A stretch of DNA of 64,000 nucleotides from Omnitrophica WOR_2 bacterium RIFOXYA2_FULL_38_17 (GTDB lineage Bacteria; Omnitrophota; Gorgyraeia; Zapsychrales; Zapsychraceae), in NCBI GenBank assembly GCA_001805965.1, contig MHHG01000057.1, positions 13,514-77,513 on the forward strand, written 5' to 3'. A model generated the notes under the pieces. That model was not told the DNA's origin, did no database searches, and saw only the letters and a list, made by a program, of their open reading frames with translations. The translations under genes were made by a program, and so were the position numbers. Shown here in pieces: positions 9,507-21,181 of this stretch (position 1 is the first letter of the stretch; every line of letters starts with the position of its first letter).

Positions 9507-10340
9507 CTAAGAACGATTCAAAGATTTGCCGCAATATTTGCAATATAAGGCATCTTTGTCATGGCTAAAAGCAGCACAGCTACTGCATTGCTTTCTGGAT
9601 TCTGAAGGGGTTTTGATCATATCAACGGTTACAATTCCGGCAGGAATAACAATAATACTATACCCTAAAAGCATAACTACGGCCGCCAATGCCTGGCCCA
9701 AAGCTGTTTTAGGGGAAATATCACCATAACCAACAGTTGTCAGCGTAACAATTGCCCAATAAATGCTGCGGGGAATGCTGGTAAACCCATTTACAGGCCC
9801 TTCCACAACATACATAAGCGAGCCCAAAACAATTACAATAGTAAGAACGGTAAAAACAAATATCATTATCTTACAAAAACTGACACGCAAGGCCTGAGTC
9901 AGGATTTTTACTTCTTCCATATAAGTAGCCAGCATAAGAACCCTGAATACCCTAAGCATTCTTAAATAGCGTATCGCCAGCAAATATCGCGTCCCCGGTA
10001 AAAATACATTAAGGTACGTTGGGATGATACCCAGAATATCTACGATCCCAAAGAAACTGCCGGCATATTTGGATGGGTTTTTGAAGGAATTAAGCCTAAC
10101 GATATAATCAATTGTAAAAAGAACTGTAAAGAACCACTCAACAGCATGCAGAATATTCCCGTAAGACCTATTAATTGCCGAGACACTATCAAGCATTACA
10201 GCAAAAACACTGATAACCACTGTAACAATCAGCAAAACATCATAAGCTTTACCTGCTGGAGTATCAGTTTCAAATATAATCTTTCGTATTTGTTCTTTGT
10301 TCAGCATAATGTAAAAAACCTTCTTTAAAAACATTAACAC
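9507..10340 (-). CDS. voltage-gated K+ channel (6TM, Kv-like) with C-terminal zinc-ribbon tail
   Basis: Selectivity filter TTVGYGD. S4 helix with R at every third position (RYLRMLRVFRVLML). C-terminal CxxC…CxxC. Real start probably at MLNKEQ (about 10307). Confidence 0.8.
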   Translation of the reverse strand: MLMFLKKVFYIMLNKEQIRKIIFETDTPAGKAYDVLLIVTVVISVFAVMLDSVSAINRSYGNILHAVEWFFTVLFTIDYIVRLNSFKNPSKYAGSFFGIVDILGIIPTYLNVFLPGTRYLLAIRYLRMLRVFRVLMLATYMEEVKILTQALRVSFCKIMIFVFTVLTIVIVLGSLMYVVEGPVNGFTSIPRSIYWAIVTLTTVGYGDISPKTALGQALAAVVMLLGYSIIVIPAGIVTVDMIKTPSESRKQCSSCAAFSHDKDALYCKYCGKSLNRS

Positions 10341-10400
10341 TAGTAAACTGGCTGGACAATATTTATTTAAGCAATTAAAAAAAGATCTTTGTCGCCTGAA

Positions 10401-10838
10401 CTACTCACCAATATCTTCATTCCACAGCTGTTGGCTGTTTTTTATAAACATCGCCATAAGCTCGCGGCATTCCTGGTTATCAGCGACCTCAACTTCTACG
10501 CCCCGCGACCTCATATAATCTTCAGGACCCTGAAATGTTCTGTTCTCTCCAATAACTATCTTTGGTATCCCGTATAGAAGCGCTGCCCCGCTGCACATAT
10601 CACATGGCGACAAAGTTGAGTACAATGTTGCTTTACGATAATCTGACGCTTTCATCCTGCCCGCATTTTCCAAACAATCCATTTCTGCGTGCAATATCGG
10701 GCTGCCTTTCTGAACCCTCCGGTTGTGGCCGCACCCAACTATTTTGCCATCAATAACAAGTACCGATCCAATAGGAATACCACCCTCTGCCATCCCTTTT
10801 TTCGCTTCATCAATTGCAGCTTCTAAGAATTTATCCAT
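10401..10838 (-). CDS. CMP/dCMP-type zinc deaminase (TadA/guanine-deaminase-like nucleoside deaminase)
   Basis: Zinc-binding motifs HAEMDCLENAG and PCDMCSGA. 145 aa. Confidence 0.75.
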   Translation of the reverse strand: MDKFLEAAIDEAKKGMAEGGIPIGSVLVIDGKIVGCGHNRRVQKGSPILHAEMDCLENAGRMKASDYRKATLYSTLSPCDMCSGAALLYGIPKIVIGENRTFQGPEDYMRSRGVEVEVADNQECRELMAMFIKNSQQLWNEDIGE

Positions 10839-10859
10839 ATTTTCTCCCTTTAAAACACA

Positions 10860-12083
10860 TTAAAGATCTTTTTTATCATTATTATTCAAAAATTCTCTTA
10901 TTTTGTATATGTATTGAGCATCATCTATTGTTGTATAATGTTCGCCGCTATCCACTAGATACAACTGTTTATTTGCGCTGCCATTACCATACAGGGATAG
11001 TGCCTCCTGACTTGGGATCAGCACATCTTTTTTTCCATGAATTATTAACCATGGAATCTTGATCTTATCGGAAATCCTTAGGGGCGATGAATTATCAACA
11101 TTAAATCCCAATTCCAAATTGACAAATGCTAAGCCCAGGACTTTTATCCTTTCTCTTAAAAATACAGGCACAAAAACCATTCTCTCAACAAACTTGTCAG
11201 CCATAATATCAATACTTGCAAAGCTTGAATCCGTGATAATCTTATCAAAGCAAGCGCCATCACTAACGGCTTGAATCAATGCCGCCCCTCCAAATGAAAC
11301 CCCATAGCCCACAATATTCTCTGCCAGGAATTTCTTTTCTTTGTTCAAATAATCAAACGCAGCTCGAATATCATATTTTTCTTTATACCCAAACGAAATT
11401 GTATGTCCGCCACTTTCTCCGTGGCCTCTAAAATCAAATATTAATACGTTATAGTTCAGTGAATGCCACAATTCAACCAAACTGAGAAAATTGGATTTAT
11501 TAGCCCCCAAGCCATGGCCTATTACGACAGCTTTGTTGCTATTTTTATTTGGAATGAACCAGCCTTTAAGGACTAAACCATCTTGCGTTCTTAACGAAAC
11601 TTTTTCCTGTTCAAGCATATATAATGTTTGAGGATCATACTTATCGCCAATCTTAGGACGATGTATACTAAAAGTAGCAAGCATATAAGGAAAGAGCATG
11701 CAAGTCCAAAGCACGGTGACTGTTATAAAATATACCAGTTTCTTGATTTTCAGATCAATGATCTTCTTGGACATGCCATTAGCTATCTTTTTAAATGATG
11801 ATCTCATTAGAAAAAGCATAATGGAAACAGAAGAAAAGAAATATAGATAGGCTATGACTTCTTTAAAAATCACCCTGCCCTGCATTATATAGCTGAGATA
11901 TATATTAATGAAGACAACAAGAACAAAATATGTGCCGATTTTTATAAGAATATTTTTTACAAGAACCTTGTCGATCATGTTTCTTCGGAAGAAAAACAAG
12001 TAAGCAGCACTAATTATTGGAAGGAAAAGATAAAACAATTCTGAAGGATATAAATTGAGCAAGTTTTTTATTGATCCAAGCAA
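10860..12083 (-). CDS. membrane-anchored alpha/beta hydrolase
   Basis: N-terminal TM helices, then an alpha/beta-hydrolase core with nucleophile elbow GYGVSFGG, HGLGANKSNF and a catalytic-His region (DSGEHY). Confidence 0.65.
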   Translation of the reverse strand: MLGSIKNLLNLYPSELFYLFLPIISAAYLFFFRRNMIDKVLVKNILIKIGTYFVLVVFINIYLSYIMQGRVIFKEVIAYLYFFSSVSIMLFLMRSSFKKIANGMSKKIIDLKIKKLVYFITVTVLWTCMLFPYMLATFSIHRPKIGDKYDPQTLYMLEQEKVSLRTQDGLVLKGWFIPNKNSNKAVVIGHGLGANKSNFLSLVELWHSLNYNVLIFDFRGHGESGGHTISFGYKEKYDIRAAFDYLNKEKKFLAENIVGYGVSFGGAALIQAVSDGACFDKIITDSSFASIDIMADKFVERMVFVPVFLRERIKVLGLAFVNLELGFNVDNSSPLRISDKIKIPWLIIHGKKDVLIPSQEALSLYGNGSANKQLYLVDSGEHYTTIDDAQYIYKIREFLNNNDKKDL

Positions 12084-12119
12084 TCCTTTTTCCCTTAAGA
12101 ATTATCACAAAGACCTTTT

Positions 12120-13727
12120 TTATTTCCGGCCTTTATCTTTTTTTGCTTTCACAAAAACTAAATCCTGTGTCTTTCCCCTAGCCTTGCCCTTTTTAAAAAA
12201 GGACAACACGATTTCAGCCTCATTAAATGGAAGCGTGATAAACGAGAATTTATCAAGTATCAATACATCCCTGATCTTTTCAGGCAATATATTGCATTTT
12301 TCATTAATGATCTCAATTAATTTCTTGGCAGTAAGACCGTCCCCTTTTCCGCGAGGGACAAAAAGCCGGGTCTTGCCCTTCATGTCAACTACAGCATCTT
12401 CGAACTCGGTATAATTATTAACATCCAGGTCATCCTGAAAAGAGTGCTGCAAAAGCGCCGCCAGAATATCTTCAGGGGAATTATCTTTTAATAGATCAAG
12501 TGACATTTCACGGTATTTTTCCAAAGGCGATGTTTTAATAATATTTTCAAGCTTGGTTTTTATCCTTAATTGTTTAGTCTTTATAATATCTTGTATCTTA
12601 GGAAGCTTTGCTTTCTTGATTTCAGCCTTTGTTCTCTTTGTGATAACCTGAAGCTTTCGATACTCAGACGGAGTGATAAAAGTAACCGCATTACCTGTCT
12701 TGCCTGCGCGCCCGGTTCTTCCTATACGATGGACATAAGCCTCGGGATCATGAGGAAGGGCATAATTAATTACATGGGTAAGATCATTAACGTCTAACCC
12801 GCGCGCCGCAACATCCGTTGCGACTAAAATAGTAATTGTTTTTTTCTTAAATTTACTAAGGATCCTTTCTCTTGAACCCTGAGACATATCACCGTGTAAA
12901 GCATCGGCATCATACCCTCGTTCCTGCAGCTGATGGGAAACAGAATCAACATCCACTTTTGTTTTGCAAAAAACAAGGCCGTAAAATTCATCTTCAATAT
13001 CAATGATCCTGCAAAGTGTTTCAAATTTATCATTCTTATGAACTTCAAAATAGATCTGATCAACTGTACTGACTGTCATCTGTGCCTTCTTGATCTTGAT
13101 AACATCATAATCGGGCATATAAGTCCTTGCTATCCTTAAGATCTCATCCGGAATTGTTGCTGAAAACAGCATCGTCCTTTTATTTTCAGGAGTCTGCTTA
13201 AGAATTGCGCCAACCTCTTCCAAAAATCCCATGTTCAGCATCTCATCAGCTTCGTCTAAAACCATATAAGATATCTTGTCTATTTTTAAAGTGCCCCGCT
13301 TTAAATGATCTAAAACACGACCGGGAGTACCGACAACAATATCAACGCCTTTCCTTAATTGACGTAACTGCAGAGAAATGGACTGGCCACCATAGATCGG
13401 CACAATATTAAATCTTTTTTTCCCTTTTAATGAATTGATCTCTTCTGCAACCTGAATTGCAAGCTCGCGAGTAGGCGTAAGGATAAGCACCTGAACATTG
13501 CGTAATTTTTCAGACATTCTCTCGAGTATTGGTATCCCAAAAGCAGCTGTTTTTCCAGTACCGGTTTGTGCCTGGGCAATAATATCCCTATCGCCCTTAA
13601 GCAACGCGGGAATGCATTTTTCCTGAATTGGAGTCGGGGCCTCAAACCCTTTTTTTTCCAAGACCTTAAGCATCTCGGATGATACACCTAAACTTTTAAA
13701 TATTTCCATTTTTTCCTCATTAACCAT
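12120..13727 (-). CDS. DEAD-box ATP-dependent RNA helicase (CshA/DeaD-like) with C-terminal extension
   Basis: Q motif, AQAQTGTGKT, PTRELA, DEAD, SAT and HRIGRTGRAG. Confidence 0.9.
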   Translation of the reverse strand: MVNEEKMEIFKSLGVSSEMLKVLEKKGFEAPTPIQEKCIPALLKGDRDIIAQAQTGTGKTAAFGIPILERMSEKLRNVQVLILTPTRELAIQVAEEINSLKGKKRFNIVPIYGGQSISLQLRQLRKGVDIVVGTPGRVLDHLKRGTLKIDKISYMVLDEADEMLNMGFLEEVGAILKQTPENKRTMLFSATIPDEILRIARTYMPDYDVIKIKKAQMTVSTVDQIYFEVHKNDKFETLCRIIDIEDEFYGLVFCKTKVDVDSVSHQLQERGYDADALHGDMSQGSRERILSKFKKKTITILVATDVAARGLDVNDLTHVINYALPHDPEAYVHRIGRTGRAGKTGNAVTFITPSEYRKLQVITKRTKAEIKKAKLPKIQDIIKTKQLRIKTKLENIIKTSPLEKYREMSLDLLKDNSPEDILAALLQHSFQDDLDVNNYTEFEDAVVDMKGKTRLFVPRGKGDGLTAKKLIEIINEKCNILPEKIRDVLILDKFSFITLPFNEAEIVLSFFKKGKARGKTQDLVFVKAKKDKGRK

Positions 13728-13980
13728 AAATATATTATTATTGATTTATATTGATGCCAAAACCATCTAGTACCAAGGTTCAAAGATTAGAATAGTTCCC
13801 GTATAAATTTAACTGATAGATTATAGACCACATTGTTGTTTTTTACTATAATAAAATATCCGTCAATATAATCACTATTATAAATATAACAACACACATA
13901 TCCAGGATTAAAGTAAACTTATTCTATTCACTATTTATATCCAAGTATAATTACCAAATTATTGTGTGAATTAAAATTAG

Positions 13981-14231
13981 CTAAGCTTTAATACAGTTTT
14001 TTAATATAGATAAGTAAAATCGCATGCAATTTTTTTCAACCTTTTTTGAATACTTTCTTAACATCATCGCAATATCACCTGTCCCGCAGCAGACATCAAG
14101 GAACATTTTTCCACCAGCCCTTGGGCAGCTTTTTTAGGCTCAATCAAATCTAGTCCGAATGTAAGAAAATGTTTAAGAATATCATATGTTTTAGCAACTT
14201 TATTGAATAATTTTTCGATTGGATTTTTCAT
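13981..14231 (-). pseudogene. frameshifted, truncated remnant of a UbiE/MenG-type SAM-dependent methyltransferase
   Basis: The ATG overlaps the kinase stop (ATGA). The first frame gives MKNPIEKLFNKVAKTYDILKHFLTFGLDLIEPKKAAQGL… then a stop. A -1 shifted frame continues LDVCCGTGDIAMML… (SAM motif I) and then degenerates after about 30 codons. Only about 250 nt remain of an expected ~700-nt gene. Confidence 0.5.
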
Positions 14232-15517
14232 TCATTATTGACAACCTGATCATAGATTAAGTTCCAGTCTACTTCAGTGAAAGGCACTGGTTCTCTGCCT
14301 ATTTTGGCATACTTTAATAAATCCTCTATCAATTCATCCATTCCTTGGGCCCTGATTACAATAAAGTCTATATCTTTTTTCCCTTCGTCATCAATTATAT
14401 CCTTATATCTTTTTTCTAATAAATGACTAAATCCAATTATTATCTTAAGGGGCGCTTTTAGATTATGAGAAACAATATAAGCAAATTGCTCAAGATCATC
14501 ATTTAAAAACTTTAGATTTTCTTCAGTAACCTTACGCTCAGCTATTTCTTTCTGTAAATGTTTTGTTTTTCTCTCAACTTGAATTCGCAAGATAAATATT
14601 AAAAACAAAGCCATGACAAAAACTATCGGGACCATAGCATTGAAAATATATTTTGCAACATCATTAAAAGTTACTTTTAGCTTAAATAAAGGCCTGAACC
14701 ATTTTTCATAAATAGTATCATATGTCCCGTCTGCAATTATAATCGCAAGCCCTTCATTAAGTGTTGCTAACAACTCTTTATCTCCATCTTTTACAGCAAA
14801 AGTAAAATCCTGACGAAAATCATCTATCTGGTTTACAGTAGGAACAATTGATTTAATATTCAGTTCTTTGAGTAATTCTAGGCCCATTAGCTCTTGACAA
14901 ATAACGGCATCATGCTTTCCCGATGCAAGCATCATCATGGCTTTTTCATAAGTCTCAACTGCAACAGTATTAATTTCACCATGCTTGCGAAGCATATATT
15001 CTTCAGCATTATCACCCTTCATAACAATTACTTCTTTATTTACCAAGTCCTTTATCGTTTTGATATGCCTGTCACCTTTTCTCACAAAAATTGCGCCATG
15101 CAGAGTTAAGTATGGAAATGTAAAATCATATATATCTTCGCGTTCTGGAGTACGCCCAACGAGCGGCAAGACCTGAATTTTTCCCAGAGCAAGGTCTTTT
15201 TTGATTTGATCCCAGGAACCTGCTGTAAAATCTACATTTCTGTCAACTGCTTCAAGTGCTGCCCTTAACAGTTCGACAGAAAATCCGTCAGCTTTGCCAT
15301 CTGGATCAATAAAGCAAAAAGGCGGGTATTTATCTTCCGAAGAAGCTTTAATAGTTTCTACGCTAGCATATACTATATGGTGAACATAAATGCACTGCAA
15401 CAATACAAGCAATAGAAGGCCAATAAACAACATGATGAATTTTGTTTGATCGTTGATTCTTTTACATATAATCATGTTTTGTTCCAAAATATGCGGTACT
15501 TTAGTCGGGCCAACCAC
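14228..15517 (-). CDS. periplasmic solute-binding (SBP_bac_3) sensor histidine kinase, truncated after the HisKA domain (no HATPase_c)
   Basis: Signal/TM, periplasmic SBP_bac_3 domain, TM, coiled coil, then HisKA (FAYIVSHNLKAPLKII). The ORF ends …EVDWNLIYDQVVNNE* exactly where the ATPase domain should start. Confidence 0.65.
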   Translation of the reverse strand: MVGPTKVPHILEQNMIICKRINDQTKFIMLFIGLLLLVLLQCIYVHHIVYASVETIKASSEDKYPPFCFIDPDGKADGFSVELLRAALEAVDRNVDFTAGSWDQIKKDLALGKIQVLPLVGRTPEREDIYDFTFPYLTLHGAIFVRKGDRHIKTIKDLVNKEVIVMKGDNAEEYMLRKHGEINTVAVETYEKAMMMLASGKHDAVICQELMGLELLKELNIKSIVPTVNQIDDFRQDFTFAVKDGDKELLATLNEGLAIIIADGTYDTIYEKWFRPLFKLKVTFNDVAKYIFNAMVPIVFVMALFLIFILRIQVERKTKHLQKEIAERKVTEENLKFLNDDLEQFAYIVSHNLKAPLKIIIGFSHLLEKRYKDIIDDEGKKDIDFIVIRAQGMDELIEDLLKYAKIGREPVPFTEVDWNLIYDQVVNNE

Positions 15518-15619
15518 TAATCATGTTCAGTTGAAACACTTATTTAATTACTGCATTTTACTCTCATATATTATTCTTTCAACTGATTTATAGTCAGGCA
15601 TGTTCAATAATCATCTTGG

Positions 15620-15680
15620 AAAAGAGGGAAAAATAAATAGCGGCAGGAACAAACTAGACAATTTGTCCCTGCCACTATTC
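15620..15680 (-). terminator. intrinsic terminator (12-bp stem AAUAGCGGCAGG/CCUGCCACUAUU followed by a U-run on the minus strand)
   Basis: Hairpin at 15636-15679. The minus-strand RNA then reads UAUUUAUUUUUCCCUCUUUU. Confidence 0.55.
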
Positions 15681-15837
15681 ATTACTGTTCACAGCCCAAT
15701 CGGATGAAACATAAATCCAGTTCATTTAAGCATATATATTAATTGGTTCGGGCACAACTTCAATTTGCCTGACCAAACAGATTCATATCACAATTAGCGT
15801 CAGACTCTCTTTAGCCTAAAAGGGTCTATCCCTAATT

Positions 15838-16644
15838 CTATTTATGCAAGTGCGCCGTTTTCCTGCTAAATTTAAATTTAAATGCCTCGGGTGGGTCCGG
15901 AATGGTTTTTACATATGCTTTAAATTCTTGATCAATAACCGGAATATCCTGCCCGAAATATTTTTTTAACAACCCTGCCCAATTATCTTTATCTAGCTCC
16001 TGATAAAATTCCCAGAATTTTGGTTCACCTAGCTTATTTGTTGCATACATAATAAATGCAGCAGCTATATTTCCTTCGTCATCATCCTTGTACTTATCCT
16101 GAAAGACCTCATTAAGCGACCAACGTTCTTCGGACACAAGCTTGACTAGCTGATAATACATTATCTGGTAGTCATTGCCTTTAAACCTCTTTCGCTTGCC
16201 TTCTTTAATCCGGCATATCCCCTCTTCAACACGCAAAGGGGCATCAGGGTTCAGTTCATAAAGGAACACGTGCATCATCTCGTGGACAGATGTAAGGCGA
16301 AATTCCTCGCTAAAGCGATAATGCACCTCCCTGTCATTGACCCTTGAAAATCCTTTATTTCTTAATTTTTCATAGAGAAAAACTTTTAATTTTGGGACCT
16401 TATTTATTCTTGGCAAATATTGCTCCGCCACATTAAACGAATATTCATAGATCCGTTTTGCCTCTTCAATGTTCCTATCGGCATAAGAACCTTTTTTGTA
16501 ATAAATAGAAAGATTCTGGGTTTCAGCTACTTCCCAATTATTCATACTGCAGCCGGACATAACCACTATGAATAACCCTATTGACCATATTAATTTTCTA
16601 TGTAGTGTCGGCTTCATATACCTAAAAAGCTCTCCTATCTTCAT
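15838..16644 (-). CDS. lipoprotein with HExxH motif (putative zinc metallopeptidase-like)
   Basis: Signal peptide with lipobox (VMSGCS). HEMMH motif (LTSVHEMMHVFLYE). Confidence 0.4.
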   Translation of the reverse strand: MKIGELFRYMKPTLHRKLIWSIGLFIVVMSGCSMNNWEVAETQNLSIYYKKGSYADRNIEEAKRIYEYSFNVAEQYLPRINKVPKLKVFLYEKLRNKGFSRVNDREVHYRFSEEFRLTSVHEMMHVFLYELNPDAPLRVEEGICRIKEGKRKRFKGNDYQIMYYQLVKLVSEERWSLNEVFQDKYKDDDEGNIAAAFIMYATNKLGEPKFWEFYQELDKDNWAGLLKKYFGQDIPVIDQEFKAYVKTIPDPPEAFKFKFSRKTAHLHK

Positions 16645-16720
16645 TTTGCACCTCTTTTCCGGGGACAGGTACCTATATTATTTAAATAGGTACTTGTCCC
16701 TTTCTACATCGATCCCATGT

Positions 16721-18789
<2,069 letters not shown>

Positions 18790-18793
<4 letters not shown>

Positions 18794-19368
18794 GATAATT
18801 CCTCCCCGATCAAAGAAGCCAGTTCTTCCCTTAGTCGCTCTTTTGCACGAAAGATAAGCACCTTAACCTTATCCAGAGAACAGTTAAGGATATTACTAAT
18901 CTCAGCGTAGCTGAATCCATGGTACTGCTTCAGGACAATGGCTTCTCTCTGTTCATAGGGAAGTCTCGTTATAGCCTTGCGTACATGATGGGCCCTTTCA
19001 TTTTCCGCAAGTATCTCACGGGAATTTTCTCCCCCGTCAGGAATTTCCCAAGGCTCATATCCGTCATTTCCTTCTGCTGCATACCACAAAGAAACCGTTT
19101 TGTTCCTTTTACGGATACGGTTTATGCATTGATTCCTTGCCACCGTAAAGATCCACGTTGAAAATGTCCTTTTTGAATCATAATAATCTTTATATTTAAC
19201 TACTGCCAGGAACACATCTGAAGCTGCTTCTTCCGCATCTGCCCTGTTACCCAAAAGGCCATAACAGAAGTTGATAATGCGCAGTTTATTACCCTGAAAT
19301 ATGCTTTTCATAGCGTCTTTATCACCATTTTGATAATCCTGCATCAATTGTTCATCACTTCGTTCCAT
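18790..19368 (-). CDS. ECF (sigma-70 family) RNA polymerase sigma factor
   Basis: Region 2 and region 4 motifs (…FTVARNQCINRIRKR…; …LKQYHGFSYAEISNIL…). Start chosen at MERSDEQ (RBS AGGAAT) rather than the longer ORF-track start, because the upstream part overlaps the promoter. Confidence 0.8.
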
Positions 19369-19392
19369 TGGGTATTCCTGACCTTTCATAGA

Positions 19393-19421
19393 GTTATACG
19401 CGGCAAGATCTGAAATGTTAC
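19393..19421 (-). promoter_or_regulatory. ECF-type promoter TGTAAC-N16-CGTATAAC (copy A, drives the sigma/anti-sigma genes; autoregulatory)
   Basis: Minus strand reads TGTAACATTTCAGATCTTGCCGCGTATAAC. This matches the sigW/sigX-class consensus TG(A/T)AAC-N16-CGTA. It is part of a 48-bp repeat (19384-19432). Confidence 0.6.
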
Positions 19422-20140
19422 AAAGTTTTTTTCTTAATAAGATAAAGATTGGGTTTCCAAGCAATAAAACCAATAAACACGATCACAAAAATCGTAAAGA
19501 TCCATTTTTGCCCTATATCTATAATAAGCTTGTTGTAATACAAGGAATTCCAGCATATGTGAATCATAACCCCGCAGGTAATACTTTTTGTAATATATGT
19601 CACAAAACATAAGAACGCGGAAAAGAAAAGCATAATGAAAAAAACATCAACTCCCTGAGGCAGATGAAAATAGGAGAAAACAAAAGTGACGATTAACGCA
19701 GGCACAACCCATCCCTTAAAATCACGCATCAAAGCATGAAAAAAAAGTCCGCGAAAGAAAAACTCCTCACAAAAAGGGATAAATGCAGCCAAAAACATAA
19801 ATTTTATAATTGGAAGACCTGCTGCCTCTGGGAGTGTCATATCTATAAAAATACGCTGAAAGATCAGAATAAGTCCAAATGAAATTGCAACTGCTCTCAG
19901 AATCATCGGATCATATGTATAATCCAATTTAAAATTAGGCACTGGCCTGAGCTTAAACCATATTAGTGAAGAAGTGAAAACCCATATATTGGGAATAATG
20001 ATCCTAGGCCAGGAAAAAGGACCGCTGTCAACACCTTGAAGGAATTTTACAAAGCTCATATTTATAAATATTATCAGAGCAACATATGCATATTCAAGCA
20101 TATTGCCTATTTTATTATGAATTTTGCTTTGTATCTTCAT
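19418..20140 (-). CDS. CPBP-family (CAAX/Abi/PrsW-like) intramembrane glutamic metalloprotease
   Basis: Motifs EEFFFRG (EExxxR), FSYFH (FxxxH) and HICWN (HxxxN). Polytopic. Its stop codon TAA lies inside the -35 TGTAAC of promoter copy A. Confidence 0.75.
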   Translation of the reverse strand: MKIQSKIHNKIGNMLEYAYVALIIFINMSFVKFLQGVDSGPFSWPRIIIPNIWVFTSSLIWFKLRPVPNFKLDYTYDPMILRAVAISFGLILIFQRIFIDMTLPEAAGLPIIKFMFLAAFIPFCEEFFFRGLFFHALMRDFKGWVVPALIVTFVFSYFHLPQGVDVFFIMLFFSAFLCFVTYITKSITCGVMIHICWNSLYYNKLIIDIGQKWIFTIFVIVFIGFIAWKPNLYLIKKKTL

Positions 20141-20191
20141 TCAACTGACCTCAAACAATAATTGCTACTAGTTTTCTAATTTTCATAGAAT

Positions 20192-20219
20192 TATACGCGG
20201 CAAGATCTGAAATGTTACA
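20192..20219 (-). promoter_or_regulatory. ECF-type promoter TGTAAC-N16-CGTATAAT (copy B, drives the CPBP protease gene)
   Basis: The second copy of the 48-bp repeat (20181-20228) differs at one position. It lies about 50 nt upstream of the CPBP start, which has a GAGGT ribosome-binding site. Confidence 0.55.
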
Positions 20220-20355
20220 AAGTTTTTTAATTATGGATAAGCACAACTTTCCCCTCATTAATAAAACGGCTTAGGAAATTAGACAATTCCCATGTTAACA
20301 AGGTCAACATTCACAACTGGGAAATACCTTGATAATTTAACTGCCTAATCCCACA

Positions 20356-21093
20356 TTAAATTAAAACTGTGGTCTTATCGTTAAAAGGATTTGTTCTCAT
20401 GGCAAAAAGAAAAAAATACGGATAATGGGTCTTTGTGTATTGCATGTAGCTAAGCCATTGTTTCATCAGACTGTTATAGCCTCGTTCAATATCACCTTTT
20501 GTATGAACTCTATCCACTTCTGATAGTTTTTTAAGGTCTCGCGCGGATAATTCTTCAGTAATATGAAATATTGCCATTAGCGTTTCAGTAAATGTCTCAT
20601 GTTCCAAAAGGGTAGGATTCTGCAATAAATTAGTAAGGAAACCCCTTTTGCTTTTCAAGAAGGCAGCTAGCTTATTTAGATCAACAGATTCAATATCTAT
20701 CTTTGACTTATATTTCTTCATCAATCGAAAAGCAGGCTTAAGATCAAGGTCACAGCTCCCATCATCACATACGATCCTTTTCTTTATCCTATCCAAGTTC
20801 TGATCAAATGCAGATAAATATCCCAACAACTGTTTTCCAAATTCACTAAAGAATACCTCGATTACCATATTCAATTTCCTCAAATTACTTTTCTTTTCCC
20901 ATTCATTTAGGACTTGATTAATAATAATCGATACTAAAAGCACTTCAATAAAGACAAAAGCAATATCTCCAAGAAGATAAATGAATATATGATGTGCATC
21001 TCTAAAAATCAGATAATGTATATAATAAAAAAGCGCAGATAATGCAATCATAACCACAGAAGCATATATTTTCCAATTAGGTTTTTTTCTCAT
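20356..21093 (-). CDS. hypothetical membrane protein (2 N-terminal TM helices plus a soluble domain)
   Basis: No recognisable motifs. ORF only. Confidence 0.35.
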   Translation of the reverse strand: MRKKPNWKIYASVVMIALSALFYYIHYLIFRDAHHIFIYLLGDIAFVFIEVLLVSIIINQVLNEWEKKSNLRKLNMVIEVFFSEFGKQLLGYLSAFDQNLDRIKKRIVCDDGSCDLDLKPAFRLMKKYKSKIDIESVDLNKLAAFLKSKRGFLTNLLQNPTLLEHETFTETLMAIFHITEELSARDLKKLSEVDRVHTKGDIERGYNSLMKQWLSYMQYTKTHYPYFFLFAMRTNPFNDKTTVLI

Positions 21094-21181
21094 CTTTATT
21101 CTCCGTCAATAATATGCTGTTTATGAATAATATTAACATCCCACATCTTCATCCAAATCTTATATTTTAGATAAATATCAC

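Noticed and set aside
13728-13980. AT-rich 250-nt spacer between the ubiE remnant and the helicase start, considered as a possible IS end or integration site
   Set aside because: No inverted repeats, direct repeats or transposase/integrase fragments found. It most likely holds only the helicase promoter plus degraded ubiE sequence.
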